From: a virus
IMG/VR virus record: IMGVR_UViG_3300049173_000078
Coordinates: 15,509 to 79,508 of that record
Direction: 5' to 3' (one strand)
Length of the DNA: 64,000 nt
The notes below the pieces were generated by a model. The model saw nothing but the letters and a program-made list of their open reading frames with translations. It had not been told where the DNA came from and searched no databases. A program made the position numbers and the translations under genes. This document shows positions 55,101-63,450 of this stretch, piece after piece (within the stretch, counting starts at the first letter, position 1; every line of letters starts with the position of its first letter).

Positions 55101-56387
55101 GCGCACGGAGGCGATCGCGCCTGTGTCGTCGTAGGTGTACTCGATCAGCACCAGGCCGAGGACGTCGCCGGTCGCAGGATCGATGTCGCAGAACGTTCCG
55201 GACACCTGGATCGAGCGGCTGTCTCCGCATGCCACGGTGCCGGCGGGGGGCGCGCCCGCGCTGTACGCGCCGCTCGTCAGGTTGAGCCAGCCCTCGGAGG
55301 TGACGGTGCCGGTGCAGTCCCGGACGACCGTGACCGCGATCGGGGTTCCGTCCGCGAGGCACAGGCCAACCGTCGCGGTGGGTTCGGTCGGTGAGGCGCA
55401 GGGGGTTTCGGTGTCGCACTGGCCGACCGTTCCCGCCACGGTGTACAGGGTGGTGCCGTCGAGGGTGGTGTCCGTGATGGTGGCGGTGCCGTCGCAGTCA
55501 CGGCACAGGTGCCGCATGAACTGCGTGGGCGTGCCGGGGCAGCCGGTGACCGGGACGGGGCCGGCCGTGACGGCGCCGGCCGTGACGGTCCACGTCTTGG
55601 CGTCCGGCTGCTGGTCGGGGCCGGTCTCAAGGTCGAACTCGATCGTGACGTCACCGGCGAGGACGGCGGCCACGGGAACGGTGTTCGTGATCGTCGCGGT
55701 GCGCGTCGAGCCGGGCGTGAAGAACACACCCGAGCCCTGGCCGAAGTTGTCGACGCCAGGAAGGAGGGTGGTGCCGTTCCACATGGACAGGCGGCCGTAC
55801 CAGTCCCATCCGCCGCCGGGGCCGTCGTTGGTGTACGTGACGGTCGCGGTGAGGTCGACGGTGCCGGCCGGGTCGAGGTCGCCGCAGGCGGCGTCGCCGA
55901 GCGAGACAATCACTCCGTAGTGGGTATGCGCGCCTCCGTCGGAGCCGCCCGGGGCGGCGCCCGGCACGCTCACCGTCTGGCCCGTCCAGATCGCCGCGGC
56001 GTCCGCATCAGTGCCGCGCCTCGGGGCGCCGCTGATGAGCTGGTCGTTGCGGACCTGATAGCCGGTGACGGTGACCGGCGCCGTGCTCGTCGTGACGGCT
56101 GCCGTGTCGCACAGGATGAACGTCTGGCAGTCCGGGCAGTCGCTGGATTCCGGGCACTGCTGGAGGGTGCCCTGCACCGTGTAGGCGACGCCCGTCGTGG
56201 GGTCGACCGTCCGCGTGGCGACGCGGGCTCCGCTGCTGGTGTCGTAGACCGGCTCGACCAGGACCAGGCCGGCGACCGTGCCGTCTGGGAGGACGTCGCA
56301 CAGGAGCAGCGTCTCGACGTCGACCCGCGCGGCGGCCGGGGTGGGGCTCATGATGATGGGGGTCTGGCCGCAGCCGCAACCGCTCAC
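52161..56387 (-). CDS. Giant Cys-rich modular repeat protein A (putative head fibre or decoration)
   Basis: 1408 aa; repeated LCD...FLR...CRDCDG...TDT.LDG..Y...G.V..C modules. Confidence 0.8.
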   Translation of the reverse strand: MSGCGCGQTPIIMSPTPAAARVDVETLLLCDVLPDGTVAGLVLVEPVYDTSSGARVATRTVDPTTGVAYTVQGTLQQCPESSDCPDCQTFILCDTAAVTTSTAPVTVTGYQVRNDQLISGAPRRGTDADAAAIWTGQTVSVPGAAPGGSDGGAHTHYGVIVSLGDAACGDLDPAGTVDLTATVTYTNDGPGGGWDWYGRLSMWNGTTLLPGVDNFGQGSGVFFTPGSTRTATITNTVPVAAVLAGDVTIEFDLETGPDQQPDAKTWTVTAGAVTAGPVPVTGCPGTPTQFMRHLCRDCDGTATITDTTLDGTTLYTVAGTVGQCDTETPCASPTEPTATVGLCLADGTPIAVTVVRDCTGTVTSEGWLNLTSGAYSAGAPPAGTVACGDSRSIQVSGTFCDIDPATGDVLGLVLIEYTYDDTGAIASVRLVDAVTGGTYTPTGTVTTCPAGVEQPEQDAVVLCDTAADGTVTEFLRDFRRDENGAITGHSDYLLDGTAYTPTGTVGVCSSPCLTCETVQLCDVTPGPGEWATVQGQATPETLANGVTVTWTRNIPAGGVYPDTNMRSWLPTAASLTSTLSTSKPAQIRIGVSLAHDQTLTLPPGAEVLSLSSHHTYAPATRILTADATSTMSGDTSGGANAGDYITYIYLPRVANSVDFTASVTGGAIGFDNIEAAPAQPYPFLRTVCRGCDGTVTSTTDTELDGTTAYTVLGTASTCEPTDCQHCETLLLCDDGADTEATITGAAASGSLSNGVTWTATNTAGTQAMPPAYNNSDGSWWGLHIFPNPSVAPTKWTFSRPSVVEFSVYLHFNAVNSSLNTAQLPAGLDVVHLPTGYSYDASTGVLTRTSDTTPAEPCSYVTDPQVETSARFRTASAVTQFTTAPPPNSRIALCGRFFDYWVGAVSATPSGQFLRTICRDCDGAVTRTTDTALDGVTPYTLIGAVRQCADSGASQPQYDIEPLLLCDTAADGTVTEFLRHYVYDAATGALTDHRDTTLDGQTAYAPTGAVGQCQPAECELTPICVRPSGRVEFLSNPGAATSGVDADWTWGQSLAGPWFPTYRVGVYPGWTTVDPGTAEGTAHWIAPHPDSQLANTGLPGEGPAITAGTPDWYGRASFQLPSFADPATIRISATALNADQVAVEWRLNGGAWQTVNSNHTAPPYTLAPTAVPGAQAGVNEIVVHVRETVFPTGAAGILLHVIAEYDVDASAYLEWTQVVCTDGEMYYLDDLGVRQDALPDGATVVPCPGANESCTKQVIERCGCDDTDGDGTGDVTYTELWAVDPCDGAAPTLLGTYLDGDLTQPYAPVAPVECTAADALPGPVLTGVRNVTGIANQQLAAEFSGLQSVTLTVLSGFVAVTMSSGANVTIPAGVTMTWSVAKDDDTTLDHATFVGTTAAANYLLNWTYR

Positions 56388-59300
56388 AGGTCTACTCCCT
56401 CAGTCCAGTTGACGACGACAGCACCCGTCGTCGCGGTGATCGTCAGTGGCCCGATGAGCCGCACGTCCATGTCTCTGGTGATGGACCACTGGGCGGTCTC
56501 GCCGTCGAAGAGCGTGCTCGTGCCGTCAGCGGTGATGACGGTGCCGGTCCCGCCGCGGGCGGTCGCCTGGACGGCGCGCAGCGTGCCGTACTGGGAGGCG
56601 TCCCACACCTTGCCCGGGGCGAGCTGTACGCGGTGCGCCTGCACGCCTACCGGGCGCTCGACGACAGGGTCCGGGGTGTCGCAGTCGACCGGCGCGACTG
56701 GCGTGTACGGCGTCGACAGGTCGCAGGTGTACGTGCCGAGCGAGGTAGGCGTGCCCGTGCAGTCGACGCCGAGGAGCTCGACGTACCAGGCGTCGGCGAT
56801 GCCGTCGCCGTCCGTGTCGTCGCACCTCTCCGCCTGCACGATGTTCCGTGCCGGGCACGGCGGTTCGGGGCAGCACTCACCGCCGCCGGCCTGGCACTGG
56901 CCGGGCTCGCCGGTGACCGTGTACGGCTCCCCGTCGAGGGTGGTGTCCGTGACAGAGACGACCGCGCCGGTCTCACAGTCGGTGGTGACGTTGCGGAGGA
57001 ACTGCGTGTCGCATCCGGTCTGGTCGTAGACCACCGTGGCGGCGAACTCGTCGAGCTGCCACCCGGTACGGCGCGGCGGCGGGCAGGTGGCGCCGCTGTC
57101 GTCGTAGGCGTCGAACGCGACCACGACGGCGATGTTCCCCGCGGCGAGGTCGGCGGCCGGGACGTCGGCCTCGGCGGTCAGCGTCCCGGTCCACCCGGCG
57201 GGGGTGTCGGGCGGGGCAAGGGCGAGGCCGACCCGGTTCGCGTCGCCGGGGCCGTTGTAGAGACCGAGGAACCCGGTTGCACGGCAGCCGTTATCCGGAC
57301 CGAGCTGGGTGACGTCGACCTGCACCGTCACGTGCGCGGTGCCGGCGTCGCAAACGGGCCGCGGGGCCTGGATGACCGCCGCGGCGGTGCGGACGGTGCC
57401 ACCTGTGCCCGGCTGCGGGCCTGACGCGGCCGGGAGGGTCAGCGTGCCGCCGTCCCACAGCGCTTGCGCCCCAGGTGTGGCCACGCCCGTGGTGTACGGG
57501 TAGTACGGCGCACCGGGGGTGTCCGTGAGGGTCGGGGTCGGTGCCCCGTCGGCGGGCAGGTCGCACAGCAGGAGCGTGCTGGCGTTGCGGCATGGCTCCG
57601 TCGCGGGCGGGGTGCTCGCGGGGGTGCACTGGCCGACTTCCCCGGTCGGCTCGTACGGGTCCCCGTCGAGGGTGGTGTCGGTGACAGCGGTGACGGCGCC
57701 GTCACAGTCGAGAGTGACGGATCGCAGGAACTGCGTCTCGCATCCGGCCTGGTCGTAGACGACGCGGGCGGTGAACTGGTCCACAATCCATCCGCCGACG
57801 TGGGCGGCAGTGTGCCAGGTCTCCAGCGCGCTCGCGAGGTGGACGTCTCCGGCGGCGACGTCGGCGGCCGATACCTGCCCGGACACGGTGAGGGTGCCGG
57901 TGTAACCGACCGGCGCGTTGTTCGGGGTGGTCACGACGGCAACGCGGGTACCGCCGGACCACAGGCTCCAAATGCCGTTGCCGCCGAACGCCGACGAGGG
58001 GCCGGTGCGCTGAACGCGGATGCTGGCCGTGATGGTGGCGGTGCCTGTGTCGCAGCCGGGCCGCTCGGCCTGGAGGTTTGCCGCGACCGAGCGGAGGTGC
58101 TGGTTGATGTGGCCGGGGCCGGGGCCGGTGTCTGCTGGGATGGTGATGGCGCCGCCGGACCACAAAGCCGCGGCGCCGCCGGGCAGTGGTTCCGCCCCGA
58201 GGCCGGCCCCTTGGTAGGCGGTGGGGTTGGTGTCGCTGACCGTGGGGGTGGGCTCGCCGCCGCTCGGCAGGTCGCACACGAGGAGCGTGCTTGCGGTGCG
58301 GCACGGCTCCGCTTCGGGCACGCATTGGGCGACGGTGCCAACCGGTGTGTAGGGGGCGCCGTCCAGGGTCAGGCTGACCACAGCGGTGACTGCGCCTGCG
58401 GCGTCCTGAACCAGCTTGCGGATGAACGGCCCGTTGTCGTCGCACAGCACCAGCTCCCCGTGGAACACCTGGGGAATGACGGGGACGGGACCGGGCACTT
58501 CGGTGGGGCACTGGCCCACGGTGCCGGTGACCGTGTACGGGGCGCCGGCCAGGGTGTAGTCCGTGTGGCCGACGATTTGCCCGTTCTCGTCGCGCCGGAA
58601 GTCGCGGATGAACCGGGTCACGGTGCCGTCGGCCGCGATGTCGCAGAGGACGACGAGGTCTTGTTCCGGCTGGTCGACGCCGGCCGGGCAGGTGGTGATC
58701 GTGCCCTGCGCGGTGTAGGCCTGTCCGGTGGTGGCGTCGACGAGGCGGACGCTCGACACGCTGCCGTCTGCCGCGTAGGTGTACTCGATCAGGACCAGGC
58801 CGACGACGTTCCCGTTCGCGTCGACGTCGCAGAACGTGCCGGTCGTCGAAATGCTGCGGGACTCGCCGCACGCCACGGTGCCGGCCGGTGGCTGCCCGGT
58901 CGAGTAGGCGCCGGTCGTGAGGTTGATCCAACCCTCTTCGCGGGTGACGCCCTGGCAGTCGCGGGTGACGACGACGGCGATCGGCGTCCCGTCGGCGAGG
59001 CACAGGCCCACCGTCGCGGCCGGCTCGCGCGGCTGCTCGCAGTCCGAGGTCTGCGAGCAGTCGCGGACGGTGCCCATCACGACGTGCGGGGCTTCGCCGT
59101 CGAGCGCGACGTCAACGTACCCGGCGGTCCCATCCGAGACGAACGTGAACCGGCGCAGGAACGGGCCCGAGTCGTCGCACAGCAGTTGCGTGTGACACGC
59201 CATGCTGCCGTGCTCGCAGTCGACCGGCGCGACCGGCGCGTACGGCGTTGACGGGTCGTCCTGGTAGGTGAGCAGCAACGACGTGGTGCCGTCGTCGCGA

Positions 59301-59647
59301 ACGCACCACAGCTCGCTGTAAGTGGTGTCGGCGAGGCCGTCGCCGTTCGTGTCGTCGCAGCGCTGGACGCACACCGTCTCGGCGCACGCCGTCGAGCACG
59401 AACCGCAGCCGGTAGGCGCGGGTCCAGCCGTGAAGATGCCGGTGGTCGGGTCGGTCCAGCCGGCGACCTCGGGCGGGAACACGGTCCCGCCGCAGTCGGC
59501 GCACGGCGAGCGCAGCACGACGAGGATCATCCGGCCGTCGTCGCAGCAGAGCGGCTGTGCGGTGATGGACGGCGAGCAGCAGGCGTCACCGGTGCCGCCG
59601 CCTCCGCCGCCGCCTCCGCACGAACAGGGGGTAGGGACGAGTGCCAT
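56384..59647 (-). CDS. Giant Cys-rich modular repeat protein B (putative head fibre or decoration)
   Basis: Same modules as protein A; ATG overlaps upstream TGA. Confidence 0.8.
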   Translation of the reverse strand: MALVPTPCSCGGGGGGGGTGDACCSPSITAQPLCCDDGRMILVVLRSPCADCGGTVFPPEVAGWTDPTTGIFTAGPAPTGCGSCSTACAETVCVQRCDDTNGDGLADTTYSELWCVRDDGTTSLLLTYQDDPSTPYAPVAPVDCEHGSMACHTQLLCDDSGPFLRRFTFVSDGTAGYVDVALDGEAPHVVMGTVRDCSQTSDCEQPREPAATVGLCLADGTPIAVVVTRDCQGVTREEGWINLTTGAYSTGQPPAGTVACGESRSISTTGTFCDVDANGNVVGLVLIEYTYAADGSVSSVRLVDATTGQAYTAQGTITTCPAGVDQPEQDLVVLCDIAADGTVTRFIRDFRRDENGQIVGHTDYTLAGAPYTVTGTVGQCPTEVPGPVPVIPQVFHGELVLCDDNGPFIRKLVQDAAGAVTAVVSLTLDGAPYTPVGTVAQCVPEAEPCRTASTLLVCDLPSGGEPTPTVSDTNPTAYQGAGLGAEPLPGGAAALWSGGAITIPADTGPGPGHINQHLRSVAANLQAERPGCDTGTATITASIRVQRTGPSSAFGGNGIWSLWSGGTRVAVVTTPNNAPVGYTGTLTVSGQVSAADVAAGDVHLASALETWHTAAHVGGWIVDQFTARVVYDQAGCETQFLRSVTLDCDGAVTAVTDTTLDGDPYEPTGEVGQCTPASTPPATEPCRNASTLLLCDLPADGAPTPTLTDTPGAPYYPYTTGVATPGAQALWDGGTLTLPAASGPQPGTGGTVRTAAAVIQAPRPVCDAGTAHVTVQVDVTQLGPDNGCRATGFLGLYNGPGDANRVGLALAPPDTPAGWTGTLTAEADVPAADLAAGNIAVVVAFDAYDDSGATCPPPRRTGWQLDEFAATVVYDQTGCDTQFLRNVTTDCETGAVVSVTDTTLDGEPYTVTGEPGQCQAGGGECCPEPPCPARNIVQAERCDDTDGDGIADAWYVELLGVDCTGTPTSLGTYTCDLSTPYTPVAPVDCDTPDPVVERPVGVQAHRVQLAPGKVWDASQYGTLRAVQATARGGTGTVITADGTSTLFDGETAQWSITRDMDVRLIGPLTITATTGAVVVNWTEGVDL

Positions 59648-60291
59648 CAGCGGGCCCCCTCCGTGTGCGCCTGTCGGCGGTGGGTGTCCCGGCCGCGCCG
59701 GGTGTCGAACTCGCGCGGGCACAGGTCGCACTGCCACGGCCCGGCGTTCCCGTCGCCCTCGGCGGGAGTGGTGGTCGTGTCGCTGCTGCCCCCTCCGACA
59801 GCAGCGCTCGTCGACTCATCACGCGCGGCGTTGGACGCGGCGAGTTCGGTTGCCACCGTGACGGCGTCCATGGCGCGCTGGATCGCCTCGGGCGGGGTGG
59901 CGGCGACCATCGCCGCGGCGTCCGCTTCCGGGTCGCCCACGCTCGTGCTCTCGACGACGGCCGCGCCGTCGTCGCCGGGCTCGGCGGAGGCGGGCGGGAG
60001 CGGCACGGAGCCGGGCGGGTACGCCGACTCGGGGACGGGCGGCAGCGGTTCGCCGGGCACGGCGGTGAGCATCCCCGCCTCGGGGTCGGCGTCTTCGAGC
60101 GGCGAGCGGTACCGCTGCCCGTCGACGAGCGAGCCGACGAGCAGGTCTTCCGGCATATCGGCGAACAGGTCCGGGGGGACCGCGTACGCGTCGTGCGAGC
60201 ACTTGCGGACCATGGGGGTCTGCTCGATCGCCCACAGGGCGAAGTCGCCGCGGACCCGGGCGGCCGGCTGTACGCGAATGGTCGTCAGCAC
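59647..60291 (-). CDS. Protein with C-terminal C2H2 zinc finger
   Basis: WQCDLCPREFDTRRGRDTHRRQAH. Confidence 0.7.
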   Translation of the reverse strand: MLTTIRVQPAARVRGDFALWAIEQTPMVRKCSHDAYAVPPDLFADMPEDLLVGSLVDGQRYRSPLEDADPEAGMLTAVPGEPLPPVPESAYPPGSVPLPPASAEPGDDGAAVVESTSVGDPEADAAAMVAATPPEAIQRAMDAVTVATELAASNAARDESTSAAVGGGSSDTTTTPAEGDGNAGPWQCDLCPREFDTRRGRDTHRRQAHTEGAR

Positions 60292-61121
60292 GGGCACACC
60301 GCCACCCTGATGGCCGCCGCCTCGCAGCACGCCGTTTCGACGACGAACGTCCGCTCGGCGAGGACGAACCGGTCGTTCGTCGCGATGCGCACGGCCTGGC
60401 TGTCGGAGTCCGGCACGATGACCGGCTGCTCGCGGCGGACCCGCACGGGCCCGGTGATGTACAGCCACGCCTCGCCGTCGGGGGCCTGCGTACAGGCGGC
60501 GCCGCCGATGTTCAGGGCGTAGCCCGCGCCGAGGACGACGCAGTTGCCCATGAGGGTGCGGGGCGCGCCCTGGTCGAGTTCGACGACGCGGCAGCAGCCC
60601 ATGAGCGCCGCCGCGCCTGCGGGGACGTGCAGCACGCCTTGCCCGCCGTACGCCTCGGCGAGCCATCCTTCGAGGGCGGCGACGCCCTGCGCGATCGACA
60701 CGGCGCCGGCTGCCGGGGTGAGGTCGTTGCCCTGCGCCATTTCGCAAAGCTGCTCGCGCATGAACCACTCTTCGAGCGCGCGCTGTTCGCCGAGCGCGAG
60801 TGTTTCGCTGGCCTGCGTCACGGCGTCGTCGTACGACCAGCCGATCGCCGAGCAGGTCGCGCCCGCGTAAATCGTGATCGGTGGTGCCGAGCACGAGCCG
60901 GGCCGGTCGAAGGTCTTCGTGCTCGGGCCGGGCGGCGTCGCCGGGTCGGGGCACCAGTCCCAGTCATGCGCGCCCGCGCACGACAGGGGCATCCACTCGG
61001 TACCGAGCAGCTCGTGTTCGTCGGTGGCGTCGACGACCTCGACGCAGTCCCCGAGGATGCCGTGAGGCAGAGGACGGCCGCGGATGGCCTCGACGCGCTT
61101 ACGAAGTCCTGCCGAAGGCAT
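60285..61121 (-). CDS. Second capsid-type protein (putative major capsid pentamer protein)
   Basis: Directly after the major capsid gene; GVAALEGWLA..YGGQGVLH pattern recalled from two-capsid actinophages. Confidence 0.5.
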   Translation of the reverse strand: MPSAGLRKRVEAIRGRPLPHGILGDCVEVVDATDEHELLGTEWMPLSCAGAHDWDWCPDPATPPGPSTKTFDRPGSCSAPPITIYAGATCSAIGWSYDDAVTQASETLALGEQRALEEWFMREQLCEMAQGNDLTPAAGAVSIAQGVAALEGWLAEAYGGQGVLHVPAGAAALMGCCRVVELDQGAPRTLMGNCVVLGAGYALNIGGAACTQAPDGEAWLYITGPVRVRREQPVIVPDSDSQAVRIATNDRFVLAERTFVVETACCEAAAIRVAVCPC

Positions 61122-61194
61122 CTGCCGTACCTCCTATGTCCGTGCGCGGCCCCGGCCGGCAGATGGCGCGGGGCCGTTACGGTGTGAGGGGTTG

Positions 61195-62841
61195 TCAGGC
61201 GATCGGGCAGGCGGGGACGGCGCGCGGGCCGACCGAGCCGTCCGCGCAGACCGGGACGGTCACGCGCCGCGACTCGATGCCGCGGTTGACGAGGGCGACG
61301 CACTCTTCGGCGAAGATCGCGGTGAAGTCGTTGGTCGCGAAGCGGTTCGAGTCGTGGACGACGCCGAGGTTGATCTCCGCGCCGCGACCGAGCTGGAAGT
61401 TGCCCGTCGGGTAGATGAGGAACTCGACGTCGGCCGGCCAGGTGGTCGCCGGGTTGGTGCCGCCGATGTTGGTCGGGACGTCGGGGACGAGGCCCTTCGC
61501 CCACTGGACGCGGACACCGAGGGTCGCGAAGGCGTCCTCGATGCAGTTCGCGGGCAGGTCGCAGACGTCGGTGTTCGAGCGGCGGGCGATGTCCGCGAGG
61601 AACATCCCGCGCGACCACCACGGGAACACGACCTCCAGGCCGATCCGCTCACAGAGCGAGTGCTTCTCCACGATGTCGGCGACCTGGAGGGCCACGGCGC
61701 CGTAAACGGCGCTGAACGACGCGAAGGAAGTGGGCACGGTGACGGCGGTCGACGCGTTGCGGGCCTGCTCGTACAGGGCGCGGCGGATCCGCATCTCGTG
61801 CGCCACCATGACGTTGCGCTGGTACCAGTTGACCAGCTCCGGGAAGTGCCTGGACGTGAGGATGCCCGCCTCAAGGCAGACGCCGACCGCGTCGCAGCGG
61901 ACCTCGATCGGGTCCGGGCAGGGGATGCGGAAGCAAGGTTTCGTCGGTCCGCCCGGCGTGGCCGCTGCCTCGTCCTGCGCTTCGGTCCAGATCCACGTCA
62001 TGGCGTTGACGTCGAGCGTCGGGGTCTGGAAGAACCGGATGCCGCCGCGGCTGAGCTGGATCTCGGGAAGGTCCCACAGGCCGTCGGGGCACGCGATGTC
62101 GGTGATGTCATAGATCGTCTCGGACGGCGCACACCATCCGCCCGAAGCGATGAGGTCAGCCTTCGGGAGGCGCCGCTGATCGGCTGCCTTGACGACGGCG
62201 TTCAGGCCTTCGCCCGGGTTGCCGGGGTCGGCGACGACCAGGCCGCTCGTCTCGTCGAACGGCAGCCGGTACGACGCGACGATGCCGGTTCCGCCACCCG
62301 AGGACGCGAGCGCGCCCGCGCGCTTGATGATGCCCTCGGTCAGCGTCTCCATGGAGATGCCCTCGCCCGGCGCGACGCCGGGCATGTCGACCGAGGCGAC
62401 GATCTCGGGGGCATTGAGCTTCGGCACCTGCGGCATGAGCTGACGCGGCGCGCGCTGCCGAACTGAGTTGAGGGTGACGACCGGACGGCGAGGCGTCGCG
62501 GACGCGGCGACGGCGGCCGGCTCGTCCGCGACGACGGTCTCACTCCCGGCGGCGTCGGCGGCCTCGGCCGGCTCGTCGCCGGTCGCGGTGTCCTCGCCGA
62601 GGACCTGCGCGGCCAGCTGGTCGAGTTCGGCCTGTGCCTGCTGCGCCTCGCCGATCAGCTCGGTCTGCCGGCCGCGCATGGCCTCGATACCGGCGGCGAG
62701 TTCGCGCAGGGCGGGCAGGTCTTCGGTGGTGAGGTTCGGGTCGCTGCGCCGGGCCTGGAACGCCTCGGTCGCCTCCGTGATGTGCGCGTCGAGGTCCTCG
62801 GCGCTCAGGCTGGTGATGTCGTCGGGCAGTTCGTAACCCAT
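61195..62841 (-). CDS. Major capsid (hexamer) protein with N-terminal scaffold-like coiled coil
   Basis: GGWCAPSETIYD, LPEIQLSRGGIRF, KPCFRIPCP; follows the protease; has its own promoter element. Confidence 0.85.
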   Translation of the reverse strand: MGYELPDDITSLSAEDLDAHITEATEAFQARRSDPNLTTEDLPALRELAAGIEAMRGRQTELIGEAQQAQAELDQLAAQVLGEDTATGDEPAEAADAAGSETVVADEPAAVAASATPRRPVVTLNSVRQRAPRQLMPQVPKLNAPEIVASVDMPGVAPGEGISMETLTEGIIKRAGALASSGGGTGIVASYRLPFDETSGLVVADPGNPGEGLNAVVKAADQRRLPKADLIASGGWCAPSETIYDITDIACPDGLWDLPEIQLSRGGIRFFQTPTLDVNAMTWIWTEAQDEAAATPGGPTKPCFRIPCPDPIEVRCDAVGVCLEAGILTSRHFPELVNWYQRNVMVAHEMRIRRALYEQARNASTAVTVPTSFASFSAVYGAVALQVADIVEKHSLCERIGLEVVFPWWSRGMFLADIARRSNTDVCDLPANCIEDAFATLGVRVQWAKGLVPDVPTNIGGTNPATTWPADVEFLIYPTGNFQLGRGAEINLGVVHDSNRFATNDFTAIFAEECVALVNRGIESRRVTVPVCADGSVGPRAVPACPIA

Positions 62842-62870
62842 GACCGCGTCTCCTGTGACTGCAAGGAGAC

Positions 62871-62903
62871 CCGGCCCATAACCAGCGGTCGAAAAGAATC
62901 TTA
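62871..62903 (-). promoter_or_regulatory. Late promoter element, copy 7
   Basis: TAAGAT-N9-CCGCTGGTTATGGGCCGG. Confidence 0.7.
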
Positions 62904-62966
62904 GCTGTACGGGGGGCCGTGAAAGGGGCCACGGCCGCCCGTGCAGCGTTGGGACGTTATGCCTGC

Positions 62967-63290
62967 TTACGCGGGCTCGTCGCCGGTCGCGGAGCCCTTC
63001 ACGGGCTCCTGGGGGGCGTCGTCGGGCGGCTGCTCGTCGTCGCCGCCGGTCGCTTGCTGCCCAGCCGTGTCGGCGGCGCCCTTCTGCTCGGCGTCCGGGT
63101 CGGGAACGATCACAGCGCCCGCGCTGACGTAGTTGCCCCGTACGGTCCGGGCAACGCCGACGTCGTGCGTCTGGAACACCGTCCGTCCCTTACCGCCGTC
63201 GAGGACGACCTCATACAGCGTGCGCACGGGCGCGCTGCCGCTGCCCGTACTGCGGGCCCGGTTGCGGCTGCCGCAGGAAGCGCACGCCAT
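62967..63290 (-). CDS. Small head-region protein (MACASCGS...)
   Basis: ATG overlaps upstream TGA. Confidence 0.65.
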   Translation of the reverse strand: MACASCGSRNRARSTGSGSAPVRTLYEVVLDGGKGRTVFQTHDVGVARTVRGNYVSAGAVIVPDPDAEQKGAADTAGQQATGGDDEQPPDDAPQEPVKGSATGDEPA

Positions 63291-63448
63291 CAGTCGTCGC
63301 CCTTCGGGACCTCGCGCACGGTGCCCTTGTGGCGGGTCGCCATGGCTTCGGCGGTCGTCTGGTACGGCGTCGGCCCCCACACGCGAGTGCCTTCGGCGTT
63401 GACGACCTCGTACTGCTTCTTGTTCTTCGAGCAAGGGGCGCAAGCCAT
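63290..63448 (-). CDS. Small head-region protein (MACAPCSKNKKQYEVV..., 52 aa)
   Basis: Below the ORF-track cutoff; AGGAAGG RBS; shares MAC..C and YEVV with the next gene. Confidence 0.6.
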   Translation of the reverse strand: MACAPCSKNKKQYEVVNAEGTRVWGPTPYQTTAEAMATRHKGTVREVPKGDD

Positions 63449-63450
63449 GA

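Noticed and set aside
49506-59647. Diversity-generating retroelement or invertase shufflon acting on the cassettes
   Set aside because: No reverse transcriptase or invertase in the window, no adenine-specific TR/VR pair seen, and all cassettes are in the same orientation
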